NCBI GenBank assembly: GCA_023920165.1
Contig: CP089278.1
Coordinates: forward strand, 992,001-1,056,000
DNA length: 64,000 bases
Reading direction: 5' to 3'
DNA from: Curvularia clavata
Lineage: Eukaryota
The notes under the pieces are model-generated. The model saw nothing but the letters and a program-made list of their open reading frames with translations, was not told where the DNA came from and did not search any database. Every line of letters starts with the position of its first letter. The first letter of the stretch is position 1. The position numbers and the translations under genes are program-made. Below are positions 1-13,400 of this stretch, one piece after another.

Positions 1-158
1 CCAAACTTCCTCACAGCATGCAATGACCAAAATGCCCAGCAGAGGTAGTCCCTTGGCAGACAACAAGGTACTCGCTCTTGTGAGCGGAAACCGAGATTTC
101 GGTTCAACTCATCAGACCCTCTGTACAATGCATATTCGTTCTCCACGTCGCCTAGAAG

Positions 159-1618
159 ATGCGATCATCTTTGCTGCTCGTCTTAGCGGGGGTGACATCG
201 GCCTCGCTTGGGGCCGCTGAAGCTTCAAGTCAAGCCGCCCAGGTCCCACAGCCCACCGACATACCAATACCAGAGATGGATATGATCAAGGGTGCTCTCG
301 GATATGCGCAAGCCGCACAAGATACTTTGAACATGGGCGCAATGCCGCCTAGCAATACGCTACCTTCACCCCGCCACAGACAAGAAAAGGCCCATCTCAT
401 GAAACGAATGGATCGCAAGAGCGGGAAATGGACAACAAATCATCCACGGTACAGGCTGCTTGAGGCACTCTGGGCATATACCCGTCATCGCGAGCGGCAC
501 ATGGCTGAGCTTGATCGCTGGCGTAGCTTGTACAAGAGCGTGAGCAAGAAGCAGATGAAGGCACGCATTCAACCTTTCATAAATTCTCCATACAATTCTA
601 ATCATCCCATAGACGCTAGAATCCGTTGTCAGCTACAAAAAGAGACTAGATGAAATCGAAGAACTAATATACACCAATGCAGCCATTTGCCAAAGCATGG
701 TCCGCCACGCCATGCAATTCTACAACATCGATCAGAAAGAGCTCGATGATCACATGACACGAGCTGAGAAAGATGGACGACAAGCAGATCGCTTTGCAGT
801 GGCACAGACACTAAAGCACTATGTGCGAGACTGGGCTGATGAAGGGGCCAAAGAGAGAAACGAAGCTTTTCCGTGCATATTGAGCTTGCTAGAAAGTATC
901 AAATCAGAGTCGTCCGAGGAAACCAAACTCAAGGTTCTGCTACCGGGCTCTGGAATGGGACGTCTCGGCCACGACGTGGCAAAGTTGGGAGGTCTTCTAC
1001 CCCTAAATGCCAGACTTGTGGTGCATATCGCTAAGCATTCGTCTAGGATTCGAAGTAACTCTCAATGAATGGTCCATGTATATGAACGTAGGCTACCGAT
1101 ACATGGACTCACAAACCGCCGTTAATAACCTAACCTTTCATCCATTTATCGACGCCATGTCGCACCATGCCACGCGAGAAGATATGCTCCGCGCTGTATC
1201 CGCACCCAATATCCACCCTCACCCCGACGTCCTCCTCGTCGAAGGCGACTTCAACACCGTTTTTGTCGACCAAACTGCACATTTCGACATCATCGTGACT
1301 CATTTCTTCATCGACACGGCGCGGAACCTCATGGCGTACTTTGACACAATATCACGTGTTTTGAAGCCTGGCGGCCGCTGGATCAATTTTGGGCCGTTGC
1401 TATATGGAACAGGTCCGTTTGTGCAGCTGAGTCTTGATGAGATTGTGGCGGTGGTGGAGGAGATGGGGTTTGTGTTTGAGGATATTGGAGAGGAGTGTGG
1501 GGAGCTGACGTTTGAGGGCGGGAAAGTGAGAAGTAAGGAGGCGGAGTATGGGTTCAACATTAGGGCGTTAACGAGGTATGCATATTTGGCGCAGGTTTGG
1601 ATGGTTAGAAAGACTTGA
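159..1618 (+). CDS. N2227-like / carnosine N-methyltransferase-family SAM-dependent methyltransferase with a signal-peptide-like N-terminus (3 exons)
   Basis: Exons 159-560, 613-991, 1047-1618 join in frame (introns 561-612 GC-AG, 992-1046). Family motifs LKHYVRDW, KVLLPGSGMGRL, EGDF, VTHFFIDTA, WINFGPLLY. Confidence 0.85.
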
Positions 1619-2254
1619 GATGTATGATTATTTCTCTAATATCGCAGATGTTCATCAATGAAATGTCTATCTAGGGTCTCAAACTTGTATATATACGAAG
1701 GGAGAAGGAGTTTGAAGATATGACTGCCTGGGGTACAAAATGCGATCCAACTCAGAAGATGCATCATGCATCAGCGAGTAAGCGCGCAAAGGATCAAGGT
1801 CGAATATGTTTACATAAGACTCTAACTCACTTTATACCTGGAGTGTGCCGATCTCAGCCCCTGATTTCCTATGACTGGGTACCCTGAACATATCTTAGAG
1901 TTCTTTGCGCGTTCTGGACTCGATCATATCCGACACCATGGTTCGAGATACGATGATAAAGTATGTTTTGGCACGGACCCCTTGCTCCTAGTATGATTAC
2001 GCACCCCGTCCCTATGTGCAGATCTTTCTTTCTTTAGAAATTGCCTTTATTAAGCTGGCTGCCCAATGCCACCTGGTTCACAATCCTGCGAGTTGCAAAG
2101 TCAGCAGTGTCTTTTAGAGTATAGTGAGTGTCCTAACAAAATAACGCCAATAAATCTTCTGTGGTGATAAACAATACACATTAACTCTGACATAGTCTAA
2201 TAAACTCCTAGATACAAAGACTTAAAATTAGTTTAGCTTCCCGCAGCCTTTCTC

Positions 2255-3199
2255 TCACGCAATAAACTTCTTACGCAACTTCTCCACGAAAGCTTCATTA
2301 GCCTCGAGCCTCCTGCGGCGGACGCTGGACTGTGGAATGAGATCGGAGCAATCTTGGAGGTTCTGGGGATCAGAGCCGACGACTGCAAATCGATTCCATG
2401 CTGAGGTGAATGCCTCGCTCCATGTAGTGGTTGATTCCGCGTAAACATCCCATGTATTCCTAGTCTGTGATTCAACGCTTGTCAGCTCGAACACGATAAT
2501 GGACACATGTCAGATACGCACCTCGGTCGCATTAGCTAGGAGACGATCGCTTTGCAAACTGTATGGGGCCGTGCCAAACTTCGTCTCGTTATAAAATCTA
2601 ATATCCAGCCTGCTTGGCGTGGAGTCGAGCGACTGGCCAGCCTGGCTAGGATCGTCGAAGAACTGTAGCGCCACACTGTGCGTTCCCATTAACGCGACTA
2701 CGTCTTCTGGTGAGAAGCCTTTGGCACTGAATGCTCCCAGAATCTTTTCTACTGAGTCGCGGCTACCTGGGACACCGCCTGTAGCAGAGGGCACGCTACT
2801 GTCTATTCTGCCTACTAATGCCTGAACGCGTGGGCCGAGCGGACACGAGGAAATGGCCATAGCAGCGGCGAATTGGATCATGTCTGCAGCACCGACGCTG
2901 TACTTCTTCCGCCAGTTGTCGAGTTCGCTGCAGATATCGGACAGTCCAGCGTTCTCAGTTCGCGTGGTGCATTCATCGCTCAGGATCAAGCTGCCATCGC
3001 AGCCACTTGTGATGCAATCGTGAAATACGGCGCGAATCGCTCCATGAGCGTCTTTGCCGCAACCAGCGAATGTTGTTTCGAGTTCTGACGCTACCTCAGA
3101 CCATACAGCTGGGCAGGAGCCCGCACGCGGCCAGAGGTTGAGATGGAGTGCGGAGATGGGGGTTGCCACGAGGGCGAGAAGGGTGATTGAGGGATGCAT
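2255..3199 (-). CDS. Secreted class II (AA2-like) fungal heme peroxidase (2 exons)
   Basis: Signal peptide; distal motif IRAVFHDC, GCDGS, ADMIQFAA, CPLGP, GRID, proximal GTHSV, LQSD. Intron 2521-2465 (GTGCGT..CAG) joins to an exon ending KKFIA*. Confidence 0.88.
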
Positions 3200-6100
3200 T
3201 GGGGTAAATTAAGATTGAAGAAATTATTTCGATGTGCAAGTAAAGAGTGAGATTCTGGGGTAGTTGGAGCCAGAAAGAAGAGATATTCAACACATTTGTG
3301 CTGATATTCTTAGCGTGATCGTGTTCAAGAGATGAGAGAGGGTTATATACTATGAAGGTTTCCATCTCCACAACTGAATCATATAAAGTATATGGTAGCC
3401 TGCAAATGTAATGGAGTCTTCTCGCCGACGCTAAGTCCCATCACAATCGATGGTTAGCGTTTACGAGACTGGAATCTTACGGTCATCACCGCACCGACTG
3501 CATGTAGCTCCACCATTCTAGAATTCTCAACGCTTGACTCCGCACGCCAAGTCTTACCTTCCCGCGGCGCATTATTGGCGGATCGCTTATGACGGGTACA
3601 AGGTGAACACATCGACATGCCACTAGAACGGACGGATCGATAACCGCAACTGCAAGGGAGAACAACTCACAGCCTATTAATAGGGCTGAAGATAATTTGC
3701 GGCTCTCTTCGGCAAGATATATGACGTGAGATTGATAGGATGGAAGCTGGACGATCATGACTAGCTGTGTTTGGACACACATAAGCGCTCAGAGCAAAAC
3801 ATGGTTTTATACTTATTGAAAACATATTTTTTGGTTCTACGGATATCAGAATAAGTGAGGGGCTTCTCTTGGTATCAGGTGAAGAAGCATGGATTTTCGG
3901 TGCAGGAGATCTTGACTCCACTTCTTGCGACTCCACGTCACTTGGCACACTTGATCATTTGATACCAAGAGACGCACCTCAGTAAGAACTGGTCAGTACC
4001 AACTACTGTTCCCGTGTCGAATTTACTCGATGTAGAGGCCGGTGCGATCTCTCGTATTCTCTTATTGTTGTAGTAAGTCACACAACATCACCAGTGAATC
4101 TCCGATCGGCGTTCTCAACCATTCTCTTTTCGTGGTTTATTACGTGATATGAAGGCTGGGATAAAAGTTAATATGTCCTCAGGGATTTTCGGGGATTTCT
4201 CTCCTCACTCCTGCTTCAGCAGTCATCGCTTTGCGTGCTCACCTCTCACGAACGTCAGAGATTTTTTTTTTCAACTGTGAATGAATATCGGGATTTCTTA
4301 TCTCCAGCACTACATCTTACTGATCCCTCAAGGATGGCGTTAGCAACATCTAGCACAAGCTTTGGACCACTTACCACGTAGTCATGAGATGGTTAATTGC
4401 ATTGCGCATCAATCGCCATCTCATTGGATACATGTACAGGAGGGAAGATGGAAGTCAATCTTCATCAGTTCAGCTTGAAACCGGATCTTTCGCAGGGACA
4501 ACGGATTAGTGTGATTGACAAATATACAAGTTAGCAGATAAGATAGATCGTGCCGCGAGGCTACAGATATGGCAGTTGCGAAAGACTGTCGAAGGTACGC
4601 GAGCAGGTTTCTAGCAGTCTAATATTGCAACCGTCGCGTGATATGGTGTCCATTGTGTGCTCGCTTCTTATACCTTCTAGGCAATTACATTGACACAAGG
4701 TCGTGAGCGTCTCCATACACTTTATGTAGCAAGCTGGAACTCGAAGAACAGTAAATGAATGCCTACAGACTTTTCATTCATAGGAAAAGATATTCTCTGG
4801 GCTGGATTGGTGGCTATAATGATTCAGAGAGGGTTAAAAAGATTACTGATTTTCAGTCCTCGACATGTCATGAAGCTCCTCTGTTGCATAGATACACTTG
4901 GCTTTCTGCGAGGGCAAAGGCTTTGGGGCCATTCTGGCAGAACACAACCGTTTTAGACAACAAAATTTCGAGGGTGGCATAGTCTTATGAAGCGATGATC
5001 GATCAACTGGGTCTGGTTATATTATTCTGATTTTAGTACCTGAAATGAAACATCTCACCTCTTTAGATGCAGGTATGCCTTAATTAGTCTTTGTTTTCCA
5101 AGCGGCTGTATGTGGTTGAAGCTTTCTACCTAGCAGACCCATTACTTACTAACGTCACTCACCCACAGTAATGACTGGGGGCTAGAAAAAGGCTAGAAAA
5201 AGAAGCCAGATTACATATTTTAAAGTGTATTTCATGGTTTGTCATTCTAGAGGGACTAAATAACTCTGGTGTTATGCATATCTTCTTTGACTTTGGATGA
5301 TAGAACATATGATTTGCCTCACTTAAAAAATAACGATAGCATCAAGAAGGAAAGCCAAGTGAAGCACGACATACGTGTCCTTGACTCCACGTTACATGAT
5401 AAACAAACCTTGTGAGCTTGTAAGAAGATCGAATTACTCTGGTCTCTAAGGTCTGCTCAGAAGATGTGACTAGCTAGTCGCTGTTTATAGGAATTTCTCT
5501 AGTTGGATGAATGCTCCCACAAGGACCTGATATATGTTACGTGATCTGTGTCGCGAGTAAAGTTGCAGCCGCCCCTGAATTTCTGGTTGAAATCGAGAAA
5601 TAACTGCAATTCCAGAGGACATGGTCGTCGTCGTCGTTGCTACTAGCGCCGGGTCTTAGGCAGAAAAGCCCCATGATCTTGATCTGACCACGCATGATCG
5701 AGATCAATGCAAGTGAAAATCACTCATCAAACCCAGTAGAACCCGCCAGTCCGATCTCAAATAAAGAAGACAACAAACTTATAGAATTTCGGGTTGTTCA
5801 TTACGTTAGTACTAGACTATGAATGATGGCTTTGCACAATCGTCACTCCAGGAAAGGGGAATGAAATCCCGGCACAGTGGTTCAGAAGCAATGCAACCAC
5901 AGTCAAATGCAAACGCCCCACTCGCCTTAGCAATGCAACAAGTTTGACTGTTCGTATCAACTGCTGTACAACGTCGAATCAGCAGCTGTATACATATAGA
6001 CCATGGGATGGGTCGTCGGATTCGTTGTGATGAACATCGAACGAAACGCGAGTTGCACGAAGTCCAAACAATGAAGTTAAGGGAATGATAGTATTCATAT

Positions 6101-7305
6101 GGAGCGAAGAATTATGTCGAATATGAATTCCGCTGCAACTCGAGCATGGGTGTAGTGATCATCGTTACTGGCGCTATGCATAACAACCATAAACTCTAGT
6201 CTAACGATAACTGTCCAAGCACCTAAAGAAACTCGTATCCTATTAACACTCCTTCTATAGCTCACTAGCTCTGTGGCCATACTGACGCTAAAGATCCCTG
6301 ATCTTCGGCTTCTCTCACCGCATTTCTCACCGCATACTTACACCTACCATACCCCTTAGTCCTCCTTCTGAATATTCTATGTGATTTCACTGAGAGATCG
6401 TACCGCTTGTCTTCGTTTTAAGAGGCAAAAAGCTGTAAGCTATGATCCTCTTCGACACCATGTACGAGCCGTTCAACCCGAACTTGCGTCAAAATTCAAC
6501 CCCTTCGAAATTTGTGAGATCTTCGCCTAGGAGGTGATGGCTTTGAGCGAGAACATGAGAAAAAGAGCCTTCTACCTATGAAATCGGAATTAATTCGAAT
6601 CTAGCCAGAAGCATAATTTCATATCATGCAAAGTCCAGATACCCAATGTTTCATTATGCTATTCACGCTGTAAATAGACGAAATACCGTACAGGTGCTTT
6701 GAACATACATCAAGAGGCCGGAAGAATGCCTCATTGCACGTGTGCCAAGGATATTGTGCTGGGGTCGGTCGTACGAAACCGGCCCGGGCGCAATGCGCAA
6801 GCTATGCCGACAAGGCATTGATCGGAGCCAACACCCTATCATCGCCAGCGTTGCATCATAACTGGGGCACGCTCGTTCCATTTCCAGTGTTGTTTCCCCA
6901 CCCAGCACTGTGGCTAATACACACTTTTCTAAAAATAATCTGGCAAGTACTTCTAAAAGGGAAACATTCTAGTGCGCTAAAGGATATTGAGACTATGGGT
7001 TACCCCAGAGCATCTGGGAGTGGCAGCGCACCCGGTCGATCAGTACAGAAAAGGGAGGTGGCTCCCTATAGTTGAGCAAGGATAGACCCTCGTATTATGA
7101 ATTGAAACTGGCTGTTCTTTCTTGAGTCCGTATTGCAGACCCCATCATCACGAGAGAGCGTGCATCTCGGTGGATTCCGGCAGTAGACCACTTTGTGTAT
7201 ATATAACTGCCATCTTCTCCCAGGAATAAGGCCATCACCAACAAACATCACTTTCTGTTTCCAACTATCTACCCACCAACAAACCAAATCACCACCACCT
7301 TCAAG

Positions 7306-7735
7306 ATGCAGTTCTCCACCGTCCTCCTTGCTCTTGCCGCCAGCGCCTCCGCCGCCGTCATTCCCCGCGACGGTCAAGGCCAGTGGGTGGTTAACATGAG
7401 CCTTGGTCCCGAGCCACAGTCTGTCTACATTCACGCCGAGTTCACATCCGACGAATACCCAGAGGACAAGAAGCTCAGGAGCACCTGCGTCGAAGCTCCC
7501 AACGCCACGCTTCCTGTTGCCCACGGATGCGACCGCGCCGCGTTTGACTTCTCCTTTGATGGAAAGAGTACGTTGAGAATCCCACCCAGATCAATTCAGT
7601 AACAGAGACTAACATTTTGTAGCAATCAAGCTTCAACAGAACTTGCCTAATGGCATCACTGTCTTCGGAGAGGCACCCTTCGAGGGCGGCAACAAGTATG
7701 AGGGCATCATCCCCGTCACCAGCGCTATTGCGTAA
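7306..7735 (+). CDS. Small secreted protein, 124 aa, 2 Cys; effector candidate, possibly Alt a 1-like fold
   Basis: MQFSTVLLALAASASAAVIPR signal/propeptide. Intron 7568-7622 (GTACGT..CTAAC..TAG) gives an in-frame exon 2 ending TSAIA*. The fold assignment is tentative. Confidence 0.8.
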
Positions 7736-8896
7736 ATTAAGCAGTCATGAAACCGTCCTGGGTGGATTCAAAAGTTCTTCAGTCTACCGCAGGCAATAAT
7801 GATCTAGTTGGTTGTTTAGCCAACAACAAATAATGTACATACCGTATTGTAATGCTATTTATTAGTACATATCCAGGCCAAACGCTTGTTAAGCAACCTC
7901 TCTGCTTCATATTCCATGTGGTATGGTCTTTGGTGAGAGGACACATTAACTTGAGTTGTGTTATCATCCCACTTCCAGAAGGGGCACAGTGCATCGGATG
8001 CTAATTCGTGATTCCCTCAGCCCTGCATTGAACCCAGTGTTCGTTACTCGTCATAACTTTACCGTTCAAGGGTACCATTCCAGATGGGAGACATTTAGAG
8101 TTTGATAGCAGACTCTTGTCAGTATTTGTTCTCATGGCGCTGTGTTGTCTAGCACGCGGAACATCGATGCAAACTACCTTATATTATGTAAGATTAGGTG
8201 GATGGTATGCCTTTGACGAAGATGACCTGATCGAAATCAGTTTAGTGTGATTGCTGACGTTGAATGGGTTGATTGGCCGCCTTACGAGAGATTTGCGTGT
8301 AGATGAGCCCTGGATAGCCTGGACCCTTCATACATGCATGCACTAAATTGATATGCCGCATGCGCCATGTGGGACTAATATCGCAGTACTGCTGAGCTAT
8401 ACCTACGCCATTATGCCTACAAAATCTTGGCGTACATTTGTATCCACTGTTGCTGTCAGAATATACCCGAGTAGCCCAAGGTTCAGTCGTACTAACTCAA
8501 TAGCTGTTCTTATTCCAATACTGTAAACTTGACACAAAGGTCACCTCCGTAGTGTTTGTATCAATACAAGCAGCAATGGGCTTGATTCAAACTGAAAGAG
8601 CGATGAAGAAGTACCAAGTCTTCCTACGTTGAGGGGCGTTATCACGTTGATTTTAGGTTTTTGCACTAAATACTGAAGGCTTTGATTTCATGAGAAAATG
8701 TTTACAGAAGCACTGGAAAGACTGTCGCAGTCTCCTTCTCGGAATTGAACGGTTCATTATCTCCTCCGCCAAGATTCAACCAGGAGCTATTTGCGCCTTA
8801 TTTGGAGTCTATTTACTATTCTTCGAAAGCTTCATGCCATTCATCCAATGCACCACGCTACTCATTTCTCGTTTACACCTCCAGTCACATCCCAAA

Positions 8897-9490
8897 CTAG
8901 GCAGTGGCGGCAATTACTATGGTCCTCTTTGCTTGCCGCAGCACTCGCTTATACTGCTCAATCTTCGTAATACCGACCAAGATGAGGTCCTCCACCGTTT
9001 CGGGATCCAGGTTTTCCTTCCACAGTGCAATCAATCCGTTCACTTGCCCGTCATCAATCTCCACCGACATGACCAAGCTGTTTTCGTCCCGGTATTCCCA
9101 CGACGCATGGCCATATGCCTTTCCGCCGGTAGGCTTCAAGTGCAGAGTGCTGAGGCCACTGCCAGGATCAATGCTACCCAACGTGTCGAGTTTGATTTTG
9201 TGCTGGCGCTTCTGAAATTCCACTGTGACATTTGTCATGTGGAAGTCAATGATGGCTATTGGGTCATCTTTGTGAGCACTAGACATGACATGGACCTGGC
9301 TCCCCCGACCACCGAATTTAGCTTGACGTTGGATTTCATAACGCGGTGTTTTCTCGCCTGCCGCGGTCAATGAGCGACGGTAGTCGAGTCCAGCGACATA
9401 GTTTAATTTTAGAGCAGGCATTTCTGAGGTGCGTCGTGGGTCTGGAGTCGCATCTTCGCGAGTGATGAATTTTTCGTACCAAGGGGCCAT
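8897..9490 (-). CDS. Hypothetical protein (197 aa)
   Basis: Intronless ATG ORF with globular-looking, beta-rich composition and a C-terminal helix; TATA-like element about 125 bp upstream (9613-9618). Confidence 0.65.
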   Translation of the reverse strand: MAPWYEKFITREDATPDPRRTSEMPALKLNYVAGLDYRRSLTAAGEKTPRYEIQRQAKFGGRGSQVHVMSSAHKDDPIAIIDFHMTNVTVEFQKRQHKIKLDTLGSIDPGSGLSTLHLKPTGGKAYGHASWEYRDENSLVMSVEIDDGQVNGLIALWKENLDPETVEDLILVGITKIEQYKRVLRQAKRTIVIAATA

Positions 9491-10460
9491 GTTGAAATTA
9501 GAAGATTATACGGAATACTGATAAACGTCTCCGGTTGTGTAAAGAAGTAAATTTAGTATTGTGTGTAAGCTGAAGGCGACTGTGAAGGGATCACAACTTT
9601 AGCTTGTTCCTTTTATATCATCCAACTGAGCGGCTCGTCTGATAACGGGACTGTAGGAAGAGACCCACCAAGAATACTGCTGCGAGATTATGGGGCTGAG
9701 AGTCCTCTTGGTACCTGCTCGTTCTTGTGGCGCATTCTAGGAAGAGCCGTGCAATCGGGCCGTTTCCCATCACTTTCCCCTTGCTTTCCCGCCATTCATT
9801 TGCCGATAGCTGGACGGTACGCCTGAATTGAGGCTATGCGTGTGGCAGTGACCGCTCAATTGGACGATTTTTTTGCCGTTTTCTCAAAAGACCGCTGGGC
9901 TTCGCCTGCAAGAGCGTTTCACAAAAGCTGTGCACAAGCAGCACTGAGCTGATAGTGTGTGCGCATGTGCAAATCAGCCGAATCCTTCGAAATACTAAAG
10001 GTCTGGCCGAGGTCACGCTGCCCCTCTAGTACTACACGGCCTGCTGCCGAAGCACTACCACTATGATCAGATTTGGCGGATCGATTGTTTTAAGTACGAG
10101 ACTGACACAGCACGGATACCCACAATTGAACAGAGCGAATCTGAGGGGGCATAGGCAGCCCGACTCGCCAAGCAGCTGAGTTCTCAAAAATACAGTACTG
10201 TTTGGCGATAAATAGTCCCCCCTACCAGGGCTACATGCCAGAAGCAGTGCAGCTATGTCATAGCAGACAAGCTGTCCAACATAACATCTCGAGTAGATGT
10301 TGCGAGCAAGCTTGTCCGTGCTTGATTAGTTCAATGGATCAGTGATGAATCAATCATGAATTCATAACCGCTGAATCTTTTTATCACTAACCAAGAAACC
10401 ATTGCATGACAGAATAGCGCCGTTTGAAGATATCTTTGTTGAATTCATTACTCCCTATTT

Positions 10461-13400
10461 CTAACTGACATTACTACTATAGCCCAGTACCTCGACAAGA
10501 ACATTCACGGCTGTACTGAAGAACCACAGCGTGACCAGTCCCCAGCCAATCACCCTATCCATCTTCCACTTGCGTAGTGGTACAGTAATGAGTAGGCCTG
10601 CCAAGGTAAGAAGCAAAGTCGCCCCGGAAATAACCAGGGTAGTGCTGACAGCAATGTGGTAAGGCTTAAAATGCACAGACTGATCGGGGTGTTTCTCGTG
10701 CTGGTGTTCTCCCTTGGAAATCACCATGTAGCATCCGCTCAGGCCCACACCCAGCAGAATGTTAAGCATTGGACCACCGAAGCAAGCTGAAAGCGCCATG
10801 ATGGGAAAGCCAAGACGAGCAACAGTGATGTCGGCAACGAGATCTCCAAGAGAATTTCCAACAGCGAAAATGGTAAGACCCAGGATTGCATCAGACATGT
10901 TGAGAATGACGCCCAGTGTGCGCAGTACGCCCACAACCTCGTTGGCAATAGTGCTGATCCATGCGATCGCGACAACAAACCCAAGGAAACAAAGTGCCGA
11001 ACGCCAGCGGGGTGGTCGAGTCGGCGAAGTGGTGAGCAGGATCAATGCCAAAACGCAGAGCGAAGCCACGAGAGAGTAAAGTGTATGACGCAAGAGCATA
11101 TGAGGGTTGTCCGGCTCGACGTTAGCCCAAACGACTAGGACAATGAAGAATGGCGCCGTAAAGATCTGCAAGATCACCAACCACCGGTTCCAATGCTTTG
11201 GTTCGGATAACGCAGGAATTTCAGGAATCTGTTCAGGTGATTGCGCCAGCGGTCCGGCACTCGTGATGGATACTTGGGGTGGCTGATTATTGGCTGAGAT
11301 GAAAGAATTGCGATTGGCCTGTGGAAGGGCCAGATTGGAGGGCCTGTTGTCCTTGGAGTAGCTGACGTTCTCGGGTCTGTTTGGAGGCATAGTGCCAGAG
11401 GCGCTACGCGTATATGACTCCATACTTCCAATGTGTGTTGATGGCGATGCTGGCAAACCAAAGTCAAATGAAGGCTCTGGGTGGCTTGTCGCTTTCTCGT
11501 CCTGTTGGGGCTCAACTACTGGTAGCGTGATTGTAAGTAGGAAAACCGGAATGCTGGCGACCAGCCCCAAGATTTTGTCAAAGAAGCTCTTGCTCCTCCA
11601 ATTAGTCAGTGTTGGGAACAGGGTTGTGATCAGGACATAGGGGGTGGGCAGAATATTAGACGGCCACCATCTAGGTGTCCTGGCCTGATCCAAAAGGCCA
11701 AATGGGTTCTTGGGAAAATAACCAGACTCTGGGGATGCACTGGGAGAAGGAGGGCGGAGACTGGCAGGCCGAGATACTGATTGCGCCGACCAAGGGTAGT
11801 CAGTATAAGCTGGGAAAGGTATTGGCGGCGAACTGGCGTCTGGTACCACCAGCCTCAGGTTTGGGGGTTGCTGGCGGTCGCCAGGTTCGATAACAGGAGA
11901 AGAGAAAGGGCTCGGTGATGATGTGCCCTGGCGGGCTGGTGTTCTGCTACCGTTACTGGGTGGCGCAAGCCTGTTGGACGACGACGCCCTCGTCCGTGAT
12001 GGGGTCGAATTAGGACCATGTGAAGACGGAGAATTTGGTGGGGAAAGCGAGATGGTCGGCGAAGGAGGGGCGTTGAGCAATCCTGCACGATCGTTGGGAG
12101 TTGCAGATGCAAGTGTTATATCAGGTACACCCTGTACCTGCAGGGCACTGGGTTGTAATACGATGTTATCGATGTCGTTGGTCGAGACAGCTCGAACTCG
12201 ATTACCCAGACCATTGTTAATGTCGACGCCTGGTCGACTTGCTTGTGCCAAGGCGTCAAAATTACTTGAACCCACATCAAAGGCAGGCTGAGTAGCAGTG
12301 TCTTGTGCTTGAGAAATGTAGTTCTGCTGCTGGACGGTGGTATAGGTAGGATCATCAGAGTATCGGCGAAGATTGATAGGCATGGACTGGATATTCCGCG
12401 ACTTTTGCAGCGAGGACAGCACAGCCCTGAATTCAAGGGCTCCTACCAAGCTGGGGCGAATAGGTGTGTGGGTGTTGCGCCGCGACATGTTCGGTCGATT
12501 GAGACGCATGTTGTTGGTCAGCTCGCCCATCCAACGTTCGCGTTCTTCTTCATTGTCGTCGTCCTCTATCAAGTTTTCGTCGCGACCAGCATTTTCGAGC
12601 ATGGAGAAGTCCTCGATAGACATGCCGTGACTGGGAGTTCTGCTATGGCCAGATGTTTCGTCGTCATGGTACTCTGGAATCTCCTCCTCTTCACCGCCCG
12701 GCATAACGTATTGGTTCCTCATCGCAGCTGCCTTTGTCCTTCGTGCCTTTCTCAGGTTCAGCCACCAGTGCCAACTCACGACGAAGATAACATAGAAAAG
12801 GTAAAACGCCACCATGCTGATGGCCTCCCAGAGATGTAGTTTGCCATCAATGATAAAGCCCATGCTGAAGGCCGCGGCAACAAGGAAGAAGCCAACATCA
12901 CGGACAAAACTCTTGCGCGCAACTTGAAAGGGGCGGATGAGAGCCATGGAGCCCGATACGACAGCAGTGATGAAGCATGCGGCGCCGATGAGCTCGCCAA
13001 CAGCCAAGCTTGCTGCATGAGTCCGGAAGGCAGCAAAGGTGGAGAACACATCCGGACTACCATTGCCAAAGGCGAGCAGGGTCACTCCAGCAAGACTTTC
13101 GCTCATGCCCAACATGCGTGCAATAGTATTAAGATTGACGCAGAAGAAGTCGCTCGCAGCAATTCCGATGGTGCTGAAGAGGAGTGCAAGCCAGAGCGTC
13201 ATGATGATGAAGGCGACAGGCTTCGCGTGTGGCAGGCGACAGTAGTAGAAGGTCAGATACGATATGACACCCGCTTCTTCGTCAGGACAGTTGGCGCGCA
13301 CAAAGGCGCACTGGTCTTTGGCATGGTGGACGAGGCGGCACTGCGCATAGTTAGTTTCACATGCGGGCGGAGGACGGAGTCTATGCGCACTTCTTCATCC

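Noticed and set aside
4755..4982. Short overlapping ORFs in the 4 kb spacer as a pseudogene or transposon
   Set aside because: No recognisable domain, terminal repeats or target-site duplication.
8690..9373. 227-aa plus-strand ORF
   Set aside because: Antisense shadow of 8897-9490 with no recognisable motif.
10342..10374. GTGATGA...CTGA box C/D-like pair
   Set aside because: Only about 33 nt long, too short for a snoRNA, and no terminal stem.
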